Assembly: GCA_012295275.1 (NCBI GenBank)
Contig: CM022679.1
Coordinates: 4,526,001 to 4,590,000 of the forward strand
Direction: 5' to 3'
Source: Chrysomallon squamiferum
Lineage: Eukaryota > Animalia > Mollusca
Length of the DNA: 64,000 nucleotides
Shown: one piece after another, positions 14,301 through 27,057 of the stretch
Position numbering within the stretch: the first letter of the stretch is position 1
Layout: every line of letters begins with the position of its first letter
Translations under genes and position numbers: made by a program
The notes under the pieces: generated by a model
Database searches by the model: none
What the model saw: the letters and a program-made list of their open reading frames with translations, nothing else
What the model was told of the DNA's origin: nothing

Positions 14301-15675
14301 ACAACTTACTATAATGACACACACCATGATAATTACAACTTACTATAATGACATACACTATGATAATTACAACTTACTATAATGACACACACTATGATAA
14401 TTACAACTTACTATAATGACACACACTATGATAATTACAACTTACTATAATGACACATACTATGATAATTACAACTTACTATAATGACAGACATCATGAT
14501 AATTACAACTTACTATAATGACACACACTATGATAATTACAACTTACTATAATGACACACACTATGATAATTACAACTTACTATAATGACACACACCATG
14601 ATAATTATAACTTACTATAATGACACACAGTGTGATGCAGATGCCTGAACAGAAAGATGTGAGGTCAGTTTCAGATTTACGGGATGAGGCCAGCTGTTTG
14701 TCAAACTGTTCTATCTTTGACTGAGAGTCTGGATTGGTCTTCATCGCTTCCTCCATCTCTTGCACTCGACTGCCCAGCATCCTCTCCATCATATTTCTGT
14801 AATCACAACAATTACATATATGTGTAAAACTGGTTACTGTCTTAAGATATCAGCTTAAGCCTGCAGATGTAATAATGGCAATTTGCAGAGAGGCTATGAT
14901 AAGCTGGGATCATCATTTGCCCCAAACTGGTTAATGACGATATTGTGTGATAGAGTAAGCAGTTATTTCTTTTATTCTGCAATCCTAAGTACTACAAAAA
15001 TGAAATGAAACTCACTGCACTTAGTAGTGATAGATTCATGCATAATGATTTTGCTGTCACATTAAAAAACAAAACTATATGCACTAACAACACATACACA
15101 CAAACATACATATGGATGTGTGTGTTATGTTTATGTATATATAACAAATAAACAGAAATATATATGTATATAAACATACATACATCAATGTATGTACGTG
15201 TGTATACATATATATATATATACACGCACATATGTATATATATATGTAACACAAACATATATAAATGAATTTATAACCACTCTTAAATTATGTAATGTCC
15301 GCATGGAACATAACAACATGTTTTATTGAGTGTTCTGGTATTTCACTCAGCTCACCTCAGTGTGATGTTCACTTTGGGATGACCTTGCCACTGCTGCCTG
15401 CAGGTGGGACACTCTTTCTTCTTTGACGTAAGGAACCACTGCGCGAGACACAGGCGACAGAAGCTGTGACCACACACCAACGTTGTCGGCTGCACCATCA
15501 TCTCGTAGCAGCAGCTACACAAAAAGTCACTATCCAAATCTGAACCTCTTCTGGCGAGATTTTGCGTTCCTTCGCTTCTTCCGTCACTCGAATTTCCTGC
15601 ATGACTTGATTCTGCTTCATGTCTGGCAGGCTCGTCTCGATCTGAGCTTCTGTATTTTCCAAAACCTTCATGCAT
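907..15675 (-). CDS. BFAR: Bifunctional apoptosis regulator (RING E3 ligase with SAM domain and TM helices), 7 coding exons, about 448 aa
   Basis: Exons 15675-15356, 14796-14616, 13909-13756, 13291-13143, 11970-11806, 4360-4161 and 1084-907 have GT-AG boundaries and compatible phases, totalling 1347 nt. The translation carries motifs recalled from vertebrate BFAR: CSCCYEMMVQPTTLVCGHSFCRLCLAQW..KKECPTCRQQWQGHPKVNITLR, DLLIHKPVTRW (SAM), LWEYKAQYPGRTLFLL..K.FPR..LLYLY.F.Y...FLPF, HYWTS.FIII, WPIVP..IC..FFY..LYFSPI. An in-frame stop lies just upstream of the ATG. Confidence 0.93.
2050..2735. repeat. 27-bp minisatellite (CACACCTTATTACTCATTTGAGTGTAA-like), roughly 25 copies, in the last BFAR intron
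   Basis: Direct visual periodicity; generates 9-aa periodic spurious ORFs (LITHLSVTH). Confidence 0.9.
4161..4360 (-). CDS. BFAR: BFAR coding exon 6 (TM helices)
   Basis: ISAPNSEQWILFLTYFVLLPYWLVIKVAWSYTGHHYWTSWFIIISCSALTVSEASMIKTFVISGQWR; this frame differs from the ORF-track call. Confidence 0.87.
5070..5150. repeat. (GATA)n microsatellite
   Basis: Seen directly. Confidence 0.95.
10053..10105. repeat. (TG)n microsatellite
   Basis: Seen directly. Many other (AAT)n, (TTTA)n, (TGAA)n, (AC)n and poly-T tracts occur throughout the window. Confidence 0.95.
11806..11970 (-). CDS. BFAR: BFAR coding exon 5
   Basis: AQYPGRTLFLLFGLKDFPRTTLLYLYFFNYEEVFLPFLHLSIPQRKPGEPLNWSE; 165 nt. Confidence 0.88.
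13143..13291 (-). CDS. BFAR: BFAR coding exon 4 (SAM)
   Basis: DGNMLLALDEKSLHEILSVDNELHQRALLNAIREVQVKGMKMPGTLWEYK. Confidence 0.9.
13340..13765. repeat. Degenerate ~60-bp tandem repeat containing the BFAR exon-3 donor site
   Basis: Unit GTACAACTCACCA(G/A)CATGATACAACCTGTAGAC...; the last copy is the real exon junction. Confidence 0.85.
13756..13909 (-). CDS. BFAR: BFAR coding exon 3 (end of TM, start of SAM)
   Basis: VAYLAWYWRNSDEDLLIHKPVTRWKVGDVEQWLREMGWASEYIPAVHSNHV; 154 nt; AG/GT boundaries. Confidence 0.88.
14221..14630. repeat. 34-bp minisatellite (~12 copies) containing the BFAR exon-2 donor site
   Basis: Unit ACAACTTACTATAATGACACACACTATGATAATT, which reads ...TGTGTCATTATA|GTAAGT... 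on the minus strand. Confidence 0.92.
14616..14796 (-). CDS. BFAR: BFAR coding exon 2
   Basis: (R)NMMERMLGSRVQEMEEAMKTNPDSQSKIEQFDKQLASSRKSETDLTSFCSGICITLCVII, then GTAAGT donor. Confidence 0.88.
15356..15675 (-). CDS. BFAR: BFAR coding exon 1 (C3HC4 RING)
   Basis: RING motif; donor GTGAG at 15355-15351; acceptor at 15729-15728 gives a short 5'UTR part. Confidence 0.92.
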
Positions 15676-17705
15676 GATGAAAATGAATATTCACAAATGC
15701 TCACGGCAGATTTAATGGTGAACTGTTCTGAAAATGTGAATTAATTTGAAATTTTAATAAAGTAGCCAAATACAGATCAATGAAAATAGTATTTACCAAT
15801 GGCTGTAAATGCAAGCTATCAAACTTCAACATAATATTGTCTAATTTCTAACATTTAAAATATCTAGTTTACATTGATTTCTGTCATAAGGTCATACTGA
15901 AATTACTCGCATGAACATTACTGAAATAATATGTATATATGTCACAATAAGTTAACTCAAGATTCCCTTACTGATATCAGTTCTTCTGGAATTCCTGCTT
16001 AACTATTTGTTTTAGACATCAAGCTGTTTGAAATCTGAGAGTGACAGTAAGTGTATTGTTAAATCACTGGTATCTAGATCAGTATGTACTAGGTTCATAC
16101 CCCAGCAGTCATTTCCATCAACTACAATATTGCCAGATTATCAACAGCATCATTTATTGTTACTTTACTATAATTTAAACAATGTAACAGCATAGCCCTT
16201 ATTTATTTCCAACACTATTCTGACTTATAAATCTTGTCAAGAATATTATAGTAAATTTCTCTTCAAATTTCTTCTGGGAAATACAAATAATTGTTATAGC
16301 TGCTGTCTCAAAAACAGCAATTTGTATCAAGGCCCTGTCATGTGACCTAAGCAGGACTATTGCGTTAGCAGCCATGAACTATCATGAACAATTTAACAGT
16401 TAACCTTTGCTTATCATTTGTTTTAGCACACACACAGACACACACACACACGTACACAAACCTGATACAACGAATGCTGAAGTGGTTGACAGTAAATGAA
16501 TTGGAAATGTATTAACTGCTATCACCACAGCATAAGAAATGTATTTTTAATAACTTTTATGTAAACTTAATAGACAAAAAAAAAAAGGTTATTTTGTTAC
16601 AATAAAGATTGCTATTTAACTAACTAGTGCAGTCGTTTATAAATACTGAATGTGTCATGGCAATAGAAAAAAGTTAAAGGCCATGTTGATTTTTCTTCTT
16701 ATATCATCAGTTATGCAATTTAAACATTACATTGTATTTACTTAGCATCTTATAATCCGTAATGCTTTACTTTTACTTAATATCAAAGGTGAAATCTTAT
16801 ACCAGGCTGTTTACACTTAAATTATCTTGTATAGAAAATCTTTTGTTTTTGCAGAATGTAACAGCTTAACGATGAGTATTAAAAAATCATTACAAAATGA
16901 ATTTGGTATTCTTTTAGAACTTTTGCCACTAGGCGAATCAAGCATTCAGCTTATAATTGCATTTCTTTCTAAGATAATTGATTTTCTAACACTAACGCTC
17001 AGCCTAAGACAGGAAATATGTGAATTTTCAAATAACTAATTACAGTAAGAAATTTAAAGTTAAATTTACCATATCCTTTATGAAATTTATAAATTTATAA
17101 ATGAATAAGTGCCAAGCTCTCTGCTACATTAATCTGTTGAATTAGTGGTAGTTAATAAATAATACAGGCAGCAGATGGAGAAATAAAGAAAAGGTATTTT
17201 TCATGTACTGGTGACATCTATTGATGAAAATCAATTAGTCACCTGCCACAAAGTAATACATGGACACACCAATTAAAACTAAATAGTCTGCTGTTTGTTG
17301 AAATATAATATATACTATACACATTATATATATATATATATAGAAATGATATACATTCATCTATACCTTCAGACACACATATATAATATAATAAATCAAG
17401 CTTTCTGTGTCAGCTGTGCATGTTGAAACAAGTAAACCATTAGTGTCATGTTTGAACATAAACCCCAGCATAATTTATAACATGCAGCTATAAAAATGTA
17501 GTTAGAATTAAACCTTATTTGCTGTAAGGAAGACACTGAGTCTAACATATGAATATAGGACTAAATGAACTACAGTAACAAGTCTTAATGAAATTAATCT
17601 GATGATCTGTTATTCACAATAGATATTTACTGTTTAATTATCATGTAAATAACTATTTTTAGTTCTAAAATGATAATCAACTGTTAAAAACTACAGAAAA
17701 AACCT

Positions 17706-17838
17706 CTGTTTGAAACAAAAACATAATAATAAACATGAGTACTATTAATATCGCTCTAGTTTTTAATATACATAAGTACTGTTTGAAACAAAAACATAAT
17801 AATAAACATAAGTACTATTAATATCGCTCTAGTTTTTT
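17706..17838. repeat. Tandem duplication, two copies of ~60 bp, period 73
   Basis: CTGTTTGAAACAAAAACATAATAATAAACAT.AGTACTATTAATATCGCTCTAGTTTTT at 17706 and 17779. Confidence 0.85.
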
Positions 17839-20467
17839 ACTTACACAAAATTCAATACTGTGGAACGATATATAAATACTCAGGTCAGTGTGAACTACTG
17901 ATTTAATCTGTCGGTACTGTTACCACTGAACAAACAGAACAATATATTAACTTGTGATTCCCCAAGAAATGTTAATCCTTCAGAAATTGCCACTTAAGCT
18001 ATTTTAACAATAATATACACATTTTGACAAGGTTATCAAAAACCAACCAAAAAACACCACAAACGTGACAAAGGTATAGTAGTATACACACAGTGACAGA
18101 TCCACACTCATCAAAATATGTCTATACATTTACAGAAACTATAACAAGGAAATATTTTTTTGGACACATCAAATTTTTCCAGGAAATCCCATTTCTTCGG
18201 GAAGATTGTTAGAAATATACCTGACATATCTGTGAGTGAAATGAAGGATAAAATAAATAGCAAAACATGTTCTGAACGACGGAAGTAAGTGAAAATAGAG
18301 CTCTTGTAAACCAGTATTTGTTCAATCAAACTCAGATATGAAAAGGTATAAATAATAGTGTTACTGTTCTTACTTTCTAAAACAAACATTTAAACAGACA
18401 CAAACTTAATTATTTTAATAATATAAACATAATAAACAATACCTATTAACAGTTCAGTAACAGAAATCGTAGATTATTTTTAATTGTCTAATTTTTCTCA
18501 TTATTTATTTCTTTACTTTTATTACATTAAATTTTACAAAACAATAATAAGAGGTATAACTATTATGCTGCTTTATTTTACAGTCTTTTTGAACAGAATT
18601 AACAATGAAGCTAGGCACTCTGAAAACTAAATAAATGAACTGTAACACTTTGTTTATTTAAACACTAAATGAAATAAATTCTACGTCTTAGAACTGAATG
18701 CAAAAAAACATGACTCTTGTTGGCCAGTTGTTAATGTGATAGACTTAATGACAACATATATATATATATACATATATGTATGTGTGTGTGTAAATATACA
18801 CTCACATACATACACAACAGTAAATGGTATGCTTTGTTAGTATTTCAGCATCTATCAAACAATGATGTAATTAGTCTCTATTAGTTCAATTAAATTATCC
18901 AATGAAAATCTTTATGGCTCAGTTAACATCTTTATGTTCTTAATAAGCACTGTATTTAAACTAAAATTAAAGGGAATTAGATTATAAGTTCTTTTCAAAG
19001 CATCTACTGCTGATTCCATCTGATGTTTACGAAGTATAATAATAAAAATAATTAAGAAATGACAAAGTAATTCCTTCATTAAAGTAACATAAAGGACTAC
19101 ATTATCATTTCTTTTTTGTTAAATTAAACTTGTTACACTATTGTTATTTTTAATTTTCAACTATTCACCAAATAAGTAACATTAAACATTAAAGATAATG
19201 TTATGAAAGGTTGACATAAGCAGAAAAGTTAAAATTTTCAATGGAACATACTGTATAATTATAAGCATATTAACAAAATTAATTCCTTGTTTCTATTCTT
19301 AAAAGCATATTGTGTTGACTTATGTACACGTGTATGTATATGTGTATGTATATCTATGTATGTATGTATATGTGTATGTACATCTATGTATGTATGTATA
19401 TGTGTATGTATATCTATGTATGTATGTATGCATATATCTATATCTATATATAGATATAGTATATAGATATAGATATAGTATATACGTTTAAACATATACG
19501 TGTAATACTCTCACTGCAAATATCACTTCATGACAAATTGTTATGTATCTTGTTATCAGCCATTAATGTAGGTAGGTTAGAATCAGCAGATGTTTATACA
19601 CATACAGAGTCCATGAACCCCGAGTATGATATGGACATCTGTTCATCTGACACTACAACCGTAGATAACGTATCAGAAACCTAATTCACATAATAGATAG
19701 ACAGATAAACACATATACATGCACACATACATTCAGCTATTTTAGAAAACATTCTGCTTCATATCTGGATCTTTTTTGAGATGGAAAACAAAACAGAAGT
19801 ATTTTATTAACAATGTTATTCTTTTTCTCTTCATGATTCATCAACATAAAATAAAAACATTGACAGTTCATAGATGTTTTTATAATCTAAATTGAATTAA
19901 CTATGCTCTCAAATAATTTACTGTTTTGTTTGATTTTCTTTTTGGCTGTTTATTTAAGAAATATGTTTGTCAGTGCTGATTTTGACACTTACTACTTAGT
20001 ATTAAACTTATTTTGTCAAATATAATTTGTTTTATGTAGCTGTTACTACTGTTGAAAATATATCTGGGTCATGTGTGGGGTTCATTATTATTATTTCATT
20101 ATACAAATGACGTTATTATTAATATTAATAATACTATGTAAAGAAATGTCAATCTGAAAGTATTTTAGTAACCAGTTAAAAGATATTTTTTGAGTAATTT
20201 ATCTCTGAATTTTTTTTTTGGAGGGGTAAAAACAAAAAATCAGAATAACTATGAAAGTGTTAATATAAACAAATGAATTATGATATTCCTTTTTGAATTA
20301 CTTTACTCTCAAAAAAACGTGTCATTTATGCTTTAAATGTATTATGATTTATCTTATTTTTACGGATTTTGATAGTTTTAACCAGGACTTCACTAGTGAA
20401 AGAACATCTTTCAGAAATATTCCACAAAATAAGCCACATAAGTATATCATGCAAGTTGCGTACTTAC

Positions 20468-20600
20468 TTTCTGTACGATACAGAGCGCACTGTTTTCGTT
20501 TCTGTTTGTATATTCCGAACCTGTATTAAATAAAACAGAAAATCAAAACAAACCGATCCATTTTCATGTCAATTCGGTTTCTGTAGACTGAATTACAGTT
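20468..20600 (-). promoter_or_regulatory. Candidate non-coding first exon / promoter region of BFAR
   Basis: A consensus GTAAGTA donor lies at 20467-20461 beside locally CpG-richer sequence. BFAR coding exon 1 begins at an acceptor, so an upstream exon is required. The 5' end is a guess. Confidence 0.3.
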
Positions 20601-21356
20601 GTTAGTTATTATAGATAAGGCGTAACATAAAGTAGAAGTATTATTTCCTCCATTTCACAACGCACCAACGAAATAATTCCAAACGCAATCTATTACAAAT
20701 TATCATTTTAAATAAAATGTATTCATTATTACTAATATAATGACATTCTTCAAATCCACAATGTAAATACCAGCTAACTAAAGACAAACACAACTCCATG
20801 ATAAATTAAACATTATAAACGAAAGTCAAATAATATTTTGTACTGTTGTTATTGTTGTTGTTATTAATATTATTATTTTCTTCGTTTTATTTCTCTTTTT
20901 TATTTATATATTTATTTATTCATTCATTCATCTACCTATCCATTAATTCATCCATTTAGTTAGTTGTTTGGTTAATTTGTGTATGTTTTTTCTTGAATTA
21001 ATTATTACTGAATTTTCAATTGACTTCTCTATCTCCTTATTTATTTCATCTGTTTCTTACGTGCATTCGCATATACAAAATATACAATATTCACATAAAT
21101 CACATTCATGCATCCATGAGCAGTCGTTTTATAAGCTGTCAGTGGGAGCTTTGTTTTGTGTCAGTTTGTTCTGTAAGAATTCCCAGGATGAAGCCTGAAA
21201 CAGCCCAGACGTTTCTGTAGTGAGAAAACAGGATCAGTTTATAACTAAGTAAATGTATTTACGATGACGTTCCCACTTGTGATTCACTCCAGTGACTGAT
21301 AAATACTGAGAAAATAAACTATGAACATAGATAGGGACAGAACAGATATAGAGACT

Positions 21357-21362
<6 letters not shown>

Positions 21363-21438
<76 letters not shown>
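21363..21438. repeat. (GA)n microsatellite
   Basis: Seen directly. Confidence 0.95.
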
Positions 21439-21441
<3 letters not shown>

Positions 21442-21588
21442 AGAGACTGAGAGACTTAGCCCTATTTCATTTGGTAACAGTTCTCGTGTAAGACTGAAGA
21501 GTTGTTGGCAGGATTCTTCTTACTTTTATCGCCGCCACAGCCATGGTATGACTTTCACTAAATGACAGATGACTGCTAAACGTTTGAT

Positions 21589-21638
<50 letters not shown>

Positions 21639-21985
21639 GGTACAGGTACTGTTTAAACAAACTGCAGTTCAATGAATTATTAATCATACAACACGAAGGG
21701 AACATTACTCTTTTCATCTGTCTAATTCACAGAGTTGCTTCCCCTGATATTCAGTAACATGTAGCATGTTCCCGTTTTTTCGAATCCAAACCACCATCGT
21801 TCTAAACATAGTAAGCAGTTTCTTTCTGCTCATCATTGAACATGAATGAATTTGTCCGTGAAGTAGACATTTCGGATACCATCTAGAAATCTGATTATAC
21901 TAAATCTAGAAAATGTTATTTTTTGAAACTGTAGTTAAATTACCTACAAGTAAATAACAGTCAAGAACGTATCATCAAGCTAGAT

Positions 21986-22020
<35 letters not shown>

Positions 22021-23332
22021 GTAAAGTGAATAAATAAATAAATCTTTTCAGGTAAAACCTGTTTATTGCGAAACTGAATTTTTATTACTAACGACACAAC
22101 AAACACAATCTATAAGGCCACGGGGCCTGTTTTCAAACCTCCTTCTTTTATGCATTACTAAAACGTTCTACTCGCTGGGAAATAGTTTCATTAGACATAC
22201 ACACCTTCATTGAAATGCGTTAGTAAAATATTAAATTAAATATATATCGTATATCGTATTATCGTATTATACTAAGTATGAGTCAACAGGACTAATGTGA
22301 GGATGAGAAATTTGTTTAGACGTTACTCCTTTTATTTGGGTTCTAAGAAAGTTGATACCTATGTAATACAGTCCCTCTGTCAACATCAGGAATTATTTAA
22401 CTATTTACTGCTCGGCTAAATTCATCATATTGACCAAACCATCAAAAGTTTTATTTAGGTGGGATGGGAAGGTGTTTACAGAGCTTGACGCGTCATAGGA
22501 TTCAATCCTCAACAGAAGACATAACCACAAAATGTATGTTACTAAGATATGTAAGTACGTGTACACACACACACACACATTAGTAACATGATATATACGG
22601 TATGAATTTTTTTGTGCTGGTAAAACTCCAGCTACCAGGATTATTCATATAACGTTTTGAATAATAATGATAATAATAACAACAACAACAGCAACAACAA
22701 CAAAAATAACAACAACAATAGTATTGAGGAACAACTACAATTTCAGTTAATCCTTTTCTTTCTTCCTTCTTTGAAAAGAAAGTACTGGATAAAAGAAATA
22801 ATGTAGTTGTAAAGTTATTGCTACGTCTCTGACGTCACAGGGAAACATAATACAGAACGAAAATAGAAGGCTTTGTTTGCTTTACAAGTCTGAAAATGAT
22901 CTATGCAAGGGATGACAAGCAGTTTTACAAAGGGGAGTCCTCATCGTTGACCAGGATCTAAATTTTAAGAGAAAAAAAAAAGTGGTTCAGCTATAAATGA
23001 AAAAGTAATGTCATCCTAAAATAGGGGTGGATACCTAATTCTCTTAGTAACGATCATCCACCACTTATTACTCACCCTTATTTAATGTCGTAATCTTTTC
23101 AGATTCAATTCTTGAACCGCGCCTTACGAAATGGCGAAATCTTTTCAGGCAAAGCAGTACTTTTTATCTATACTAACAGCACACCATAAGGATACTGTTA
23201 CCGCTTAAAAACATCCTTTATTTAAACCCCACTAAAACGTTTAGCTCGCTGGGTAACATAGTTTCATTAGACCTGCACACCTTCATTGCATACATTTCTG
23301 ATTCTGTCTGAGGATTAACAAGTTTTTACATC

Positions 23333-23522
23333 ATGCCGAACTGGTCCGAGACGTCGACTCCCTACAAAGTAGGAACATTTGGTGTGTTTTTCAGTTTTCT
23401 CTTTTTCCTTGTTGGCTTCGCCACGCCTGCTTGGTTTGAGACCAGCAGTGAGTTGATTGGCTTGTGGCAGACTTGCTCAGTTTCCATGGATTCTTGTAGA
23501 TCTTATACTTCTGGAGATTCAG
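23333..23522 (+). CDS. Claudin/PMP22-family tetraspan protein, first coding exon, copy 1
   Basis: TM1 followed by the W-x-GLW-xx-C-x6-C signature (TPAWFETSSELIGLWQTCSVSMDSC). Phase-1 donor AG|GTAGAT. No matching exon 2 is seen before copy 2. Confidence 0.7.
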
Positions 23523-23624
23523 GTAGATCTGATTCATCCCAGTTAGTGAGTTATATAATCTGGAATCATTTCACATATACAAATATATCTACGTGCAAAT
23601 ATAGATACGTGAATGTATATTTTG

Positions 23625-23658
<34 letters not shown>

Positions 23659-24262
23659 ACACACTTAAATATAATTACACAGAACAGGTTAAAGCAGTCT
23701 ATTTTATATTTTTTCCATCCTTAAGTTTTCATTTACACACACATATATTTCTTATCATCATATCAGATTTTACTACTGTTACAGGTATAATGTCCTTTTT
23801 TTAAATATTATTATCAGTTTCTTTGATTATACTACAAACAATGTACGTCACAACATATTAATTTTATTCACTGCGTTACGTAAATGTAAAAACGATATTG
23901 TTCTTTCTGTTGGCGATTTTAGTGAACTATAGGTGAACATGTTGAACAGACAGGAAGAATGACAGCGCCTCAGGCTTCAAATTACGTCCAGCCACCTGCC
24001 TATCAACAACATGGAGTATAAAACGTAAATCCAGAAGACAGTGTAATTAAATTAACAGCTTTCCGCAGTTTTATAGTAGCTTACTGATGACGCTAGAGAA
24101 ACGTGTAAAAAGAAATCAGGCTTAAAAATAAAGATTCTGGTTTTTTATTTGTTTTTTCTATAGGACATCAAACTTTAAAATAATTGTTCATCAGAAAGGA
24201 AAATCTACATGAATTATTGTATAAGAGAATTAATTCTGATTTCATATTGTGATATTTTATAG

Positions 24263-24740
24263 GAACCATTTAATACTCTAGAGTTTGAAATGATTGGTGA
24301 TGATACAGCAACCTTGTACTACAAAATAAATCAGCTGAGCAACAACCAAGCACAGACTGTGTTAAAAGAATCAGTTCTGAATGACACAAAGTTTAAAACG
24401 TGGTAACAGAGAAACTCTTTCTTTTCCTGTCATACAAATATGTATTCATATAACTACTTTCAAAACTTTAATTTAATTTTTAAATAAAATACATAAACAT
24501 GTATTTGTTTCTAAAATGTTGAATGCTGATGAAAAAATGGTATTGTATTGCAGTTGGCACTCAGTGCTAATGATCTTGGAGCTCCACCAAAATCCAGTTC
24601 CAATCAGTTTAGTCTGTTTATTGAGTTCGTCATAACACACACAGTCCTCAGTTTGAAAACTTGCCAGCCACCACCACCATGAACAAAACATCTCCTGGTT
24701 TTATATTTCATGTCACTGCTGTATATCTGGATGTTTCAGT
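24263..24740 (+). pseudogene. Cadherin-repeat gene remnant (two exons, frameshifted)
   Basis: Exon 24263-24402 reads EPFNTLEFEMIGDDTATLYYKIN...; exon 24554-~24740 reads LALSANDLGAPPKSS... then, after a frameshift, RHNTHSPQFENLPATTT...IFHVTAV.LD. These resemble cadherin AxDxGxPP, NxxxPxF and V.A.D motifs. Confidence 0.65.
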
Positions 24741-25240
24741 AGGTACACAGTTGATTCACTTGTGAATACTGACGTTATTATTCATATATCATCATCATCA
24801 TCATTTATGTTATTATCATTATTATTATTGTCATCATTATTATTAGTATTATATTTGAAATTAAATATAATATAATATTTGAAATTTATCTCTTTTCATT
24901 CTATATTAAATATAATATTTGAAATTTATCTCTCTTCATTCTAAATTAAATATATTATAATCACCTCTTGATCCGCGTCTTTACATAACGTCGTATTCTG
25001 TTACAGGTACACAATGATCACCTACTGATCCGTGTATTCTTTTCAGGTAAAATCTATTTAGTGTTTTATTTAGTGACTAGCAACACACAGTCAATAAAGA
25101 CACTGTCATTGTTTTCAAACTTCCTTGTTTCATACCCCACTAAAACGTTTAGCTCGCTGGGTAACCTAGTTTCATCAGACCTACAAACCTTCATTACATA
25201 CATTTCTGATTCTGTCTGAGGATTAACAAGTTTTTACATC

Positions 25241-26603
25241 ATGTCGAACTGGTGCGAGACGTCGACTGTCTACAAAGTAGGAACATTTGGTGTGTTTTTC
25301 AGTTTTCTCTTTTTCCTTGTTGGATTCGCCACGCCTGCTTGGTTCGAGACCAGCAGTGAGTTGATCGGCTTGTGGCAGACTTGCTCAGTTTCCATGGATT
25401 CTTGTAGTTCTTATGATTTTGGAGTTACAGGTAATTCTGACTCGTCCCAATTAGTGAGTTATATAATCTTTAATCAGTTCACATATACAGTTATATCTAG
25501 AAGCAAATATGGATACGTACATGCATATTTTTACACACACACATGTTTAAATATAATTACATAGAACAGGTTAAAGTAGTCTATTTTATATTTTTTCCGT
25601 CTTTACGTTTTTATTCACACACGCATACTTACATACACACATATATTTCTTATCATCATATCAGATTTTACTACCTTTTTTTTATTATTTATTATTATCA
25701 GTTTCTTTCATTACACTACAAACAATGTACGTCAACGACATATTAATTTTATTTACTGCGTTACGTAAATGTAAAAACGATATGATTGTTTCTGTTGGCG
25801 ATTTTTTTCATGTGATCTGACAATTTCTTGTCTTCAACATCACAACTGATAGTTATATAATATATATGTGCATTTTATTTAAAATTATTTATTCTACAAA
25901 TGTGTTTTTGCATGTACACCCAAAGTTAAATATATAATATTTATGCTGAGAATATAAATAATATAACAGAACATTGTTGTTATATTATCCTATATATCAG
26001 CACATTGTAATTGTATGACGGTACTTTATTCTTATACAACCGTACATTTAATTACATAACTGTACATTATTACACTGAGGTGACAGTACATTATAATAAC
26101 ATATGTAATTACACGCATATAACAGTACACTATGCATATATAAGAGGACATTATACTTATATAACATTGTAATTATATAACACGCCATTTTACTTAAATT
26201 TACTTCATATGTACATTATATTTACATAACACTACATAATAATTATATAACAGTACATTAAACATCTGTATCAGTACATTGTAATTGTATTACACTACGT
26301 TATGGTTATAAAAAATACATTATTTCTATATATCGGTATATTATATTTATACAAGGAACATTATAGTTATATAACAGTGAATTATATTTACGTACTGTAA
26401 ACTATAATCAACCATAAGAAATCATATACATTCATTATAAAATGTGCGTTTTAATTTAGCTGCAGGTATTTACGATGCTATGCGAGTGGCTCAGATTCTG
26501 GCGTTCTTGTTCCTGGTGTTTGGTGTAATCATGGCCATTGTAGTGAACACGTGCTCTCCTCAAATGTCACCCAACATAGTAAGTGGGACGACAATTTTTG
26601 GAG
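25241..26603 (+). CDS. Claudin/PMP22-family tetraspan protein, copy 2, partial (exons 25241-25430 and 26460/26466-26603; the rest is lost in the gap)
   Basis: Same GLW-C-C signature. The phase-1 splice joins to IYDAMRVAQILAFLFLVFGVIMAIVVNTCSPQMSPNIVSGTTIFGG (TM2-TM3), followed by a GTAAGA donor. Confidence 0.78.
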
Positions 26604-26780
26604 GTAAGATATACCTGTATTACCCCAGAATATAAATATAAAGAAATTAATAAAAATATGATAATAACAGGAGGTAAGATATACCTGTATTACCCACAGA
26701 ATATAAATATAAAGAAATTAATAAAAATATGATAATAACAGGAGGTAAGATATACCTGTATTACCCACAGAATATAAACA
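26600..26780. repeat. ~70-bp tandem repeat (2.5 copies) starting at the tetraspan exon-2 donor
   Basis: GGAG|GTAAGATATACCTGTATTACCC occurs at 26600, 26670 and 26741. Confidence 0.88.
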
Positions 26781-26857
26781 AATTAATAAAATGTGTAACT
26801 GCTTTGCACAGACATATTTCTCATGGTTATATAGATAGATAGATGACAGACAGATAT

Positions 26858-27057
26858 NNNNNNNNNNNNNNNNNNNNNNNNNNNNNNNNNNNNNNNNNNN
26901 NNNNNNNNNNNNNNNNNNNNNNNNNNNNNNNNNNNNNNNNNNNNNNNNNNNNNNNNNNNNNNNNNNNNNNNNNNNNNNNNNNNNNNNNNNNNNNNNNNNN
27001 NNNNNNNNNNNNNNNNNNNNNNNNNNNNNNNNNNNNNNNNNNNNNNNNNNNNNNNNN
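26858..27057. other. Assembly gap (200 N; true size unknown)
   Basis: Run of N. Confidence 0.99.

Noticed and set aside
5890-16120. tRNA-like snippets near 5890-5950 and 16040-16110
   Set aside because: No cloverleaf can be folded; at most these are decayed SINE heads, too weak to call.
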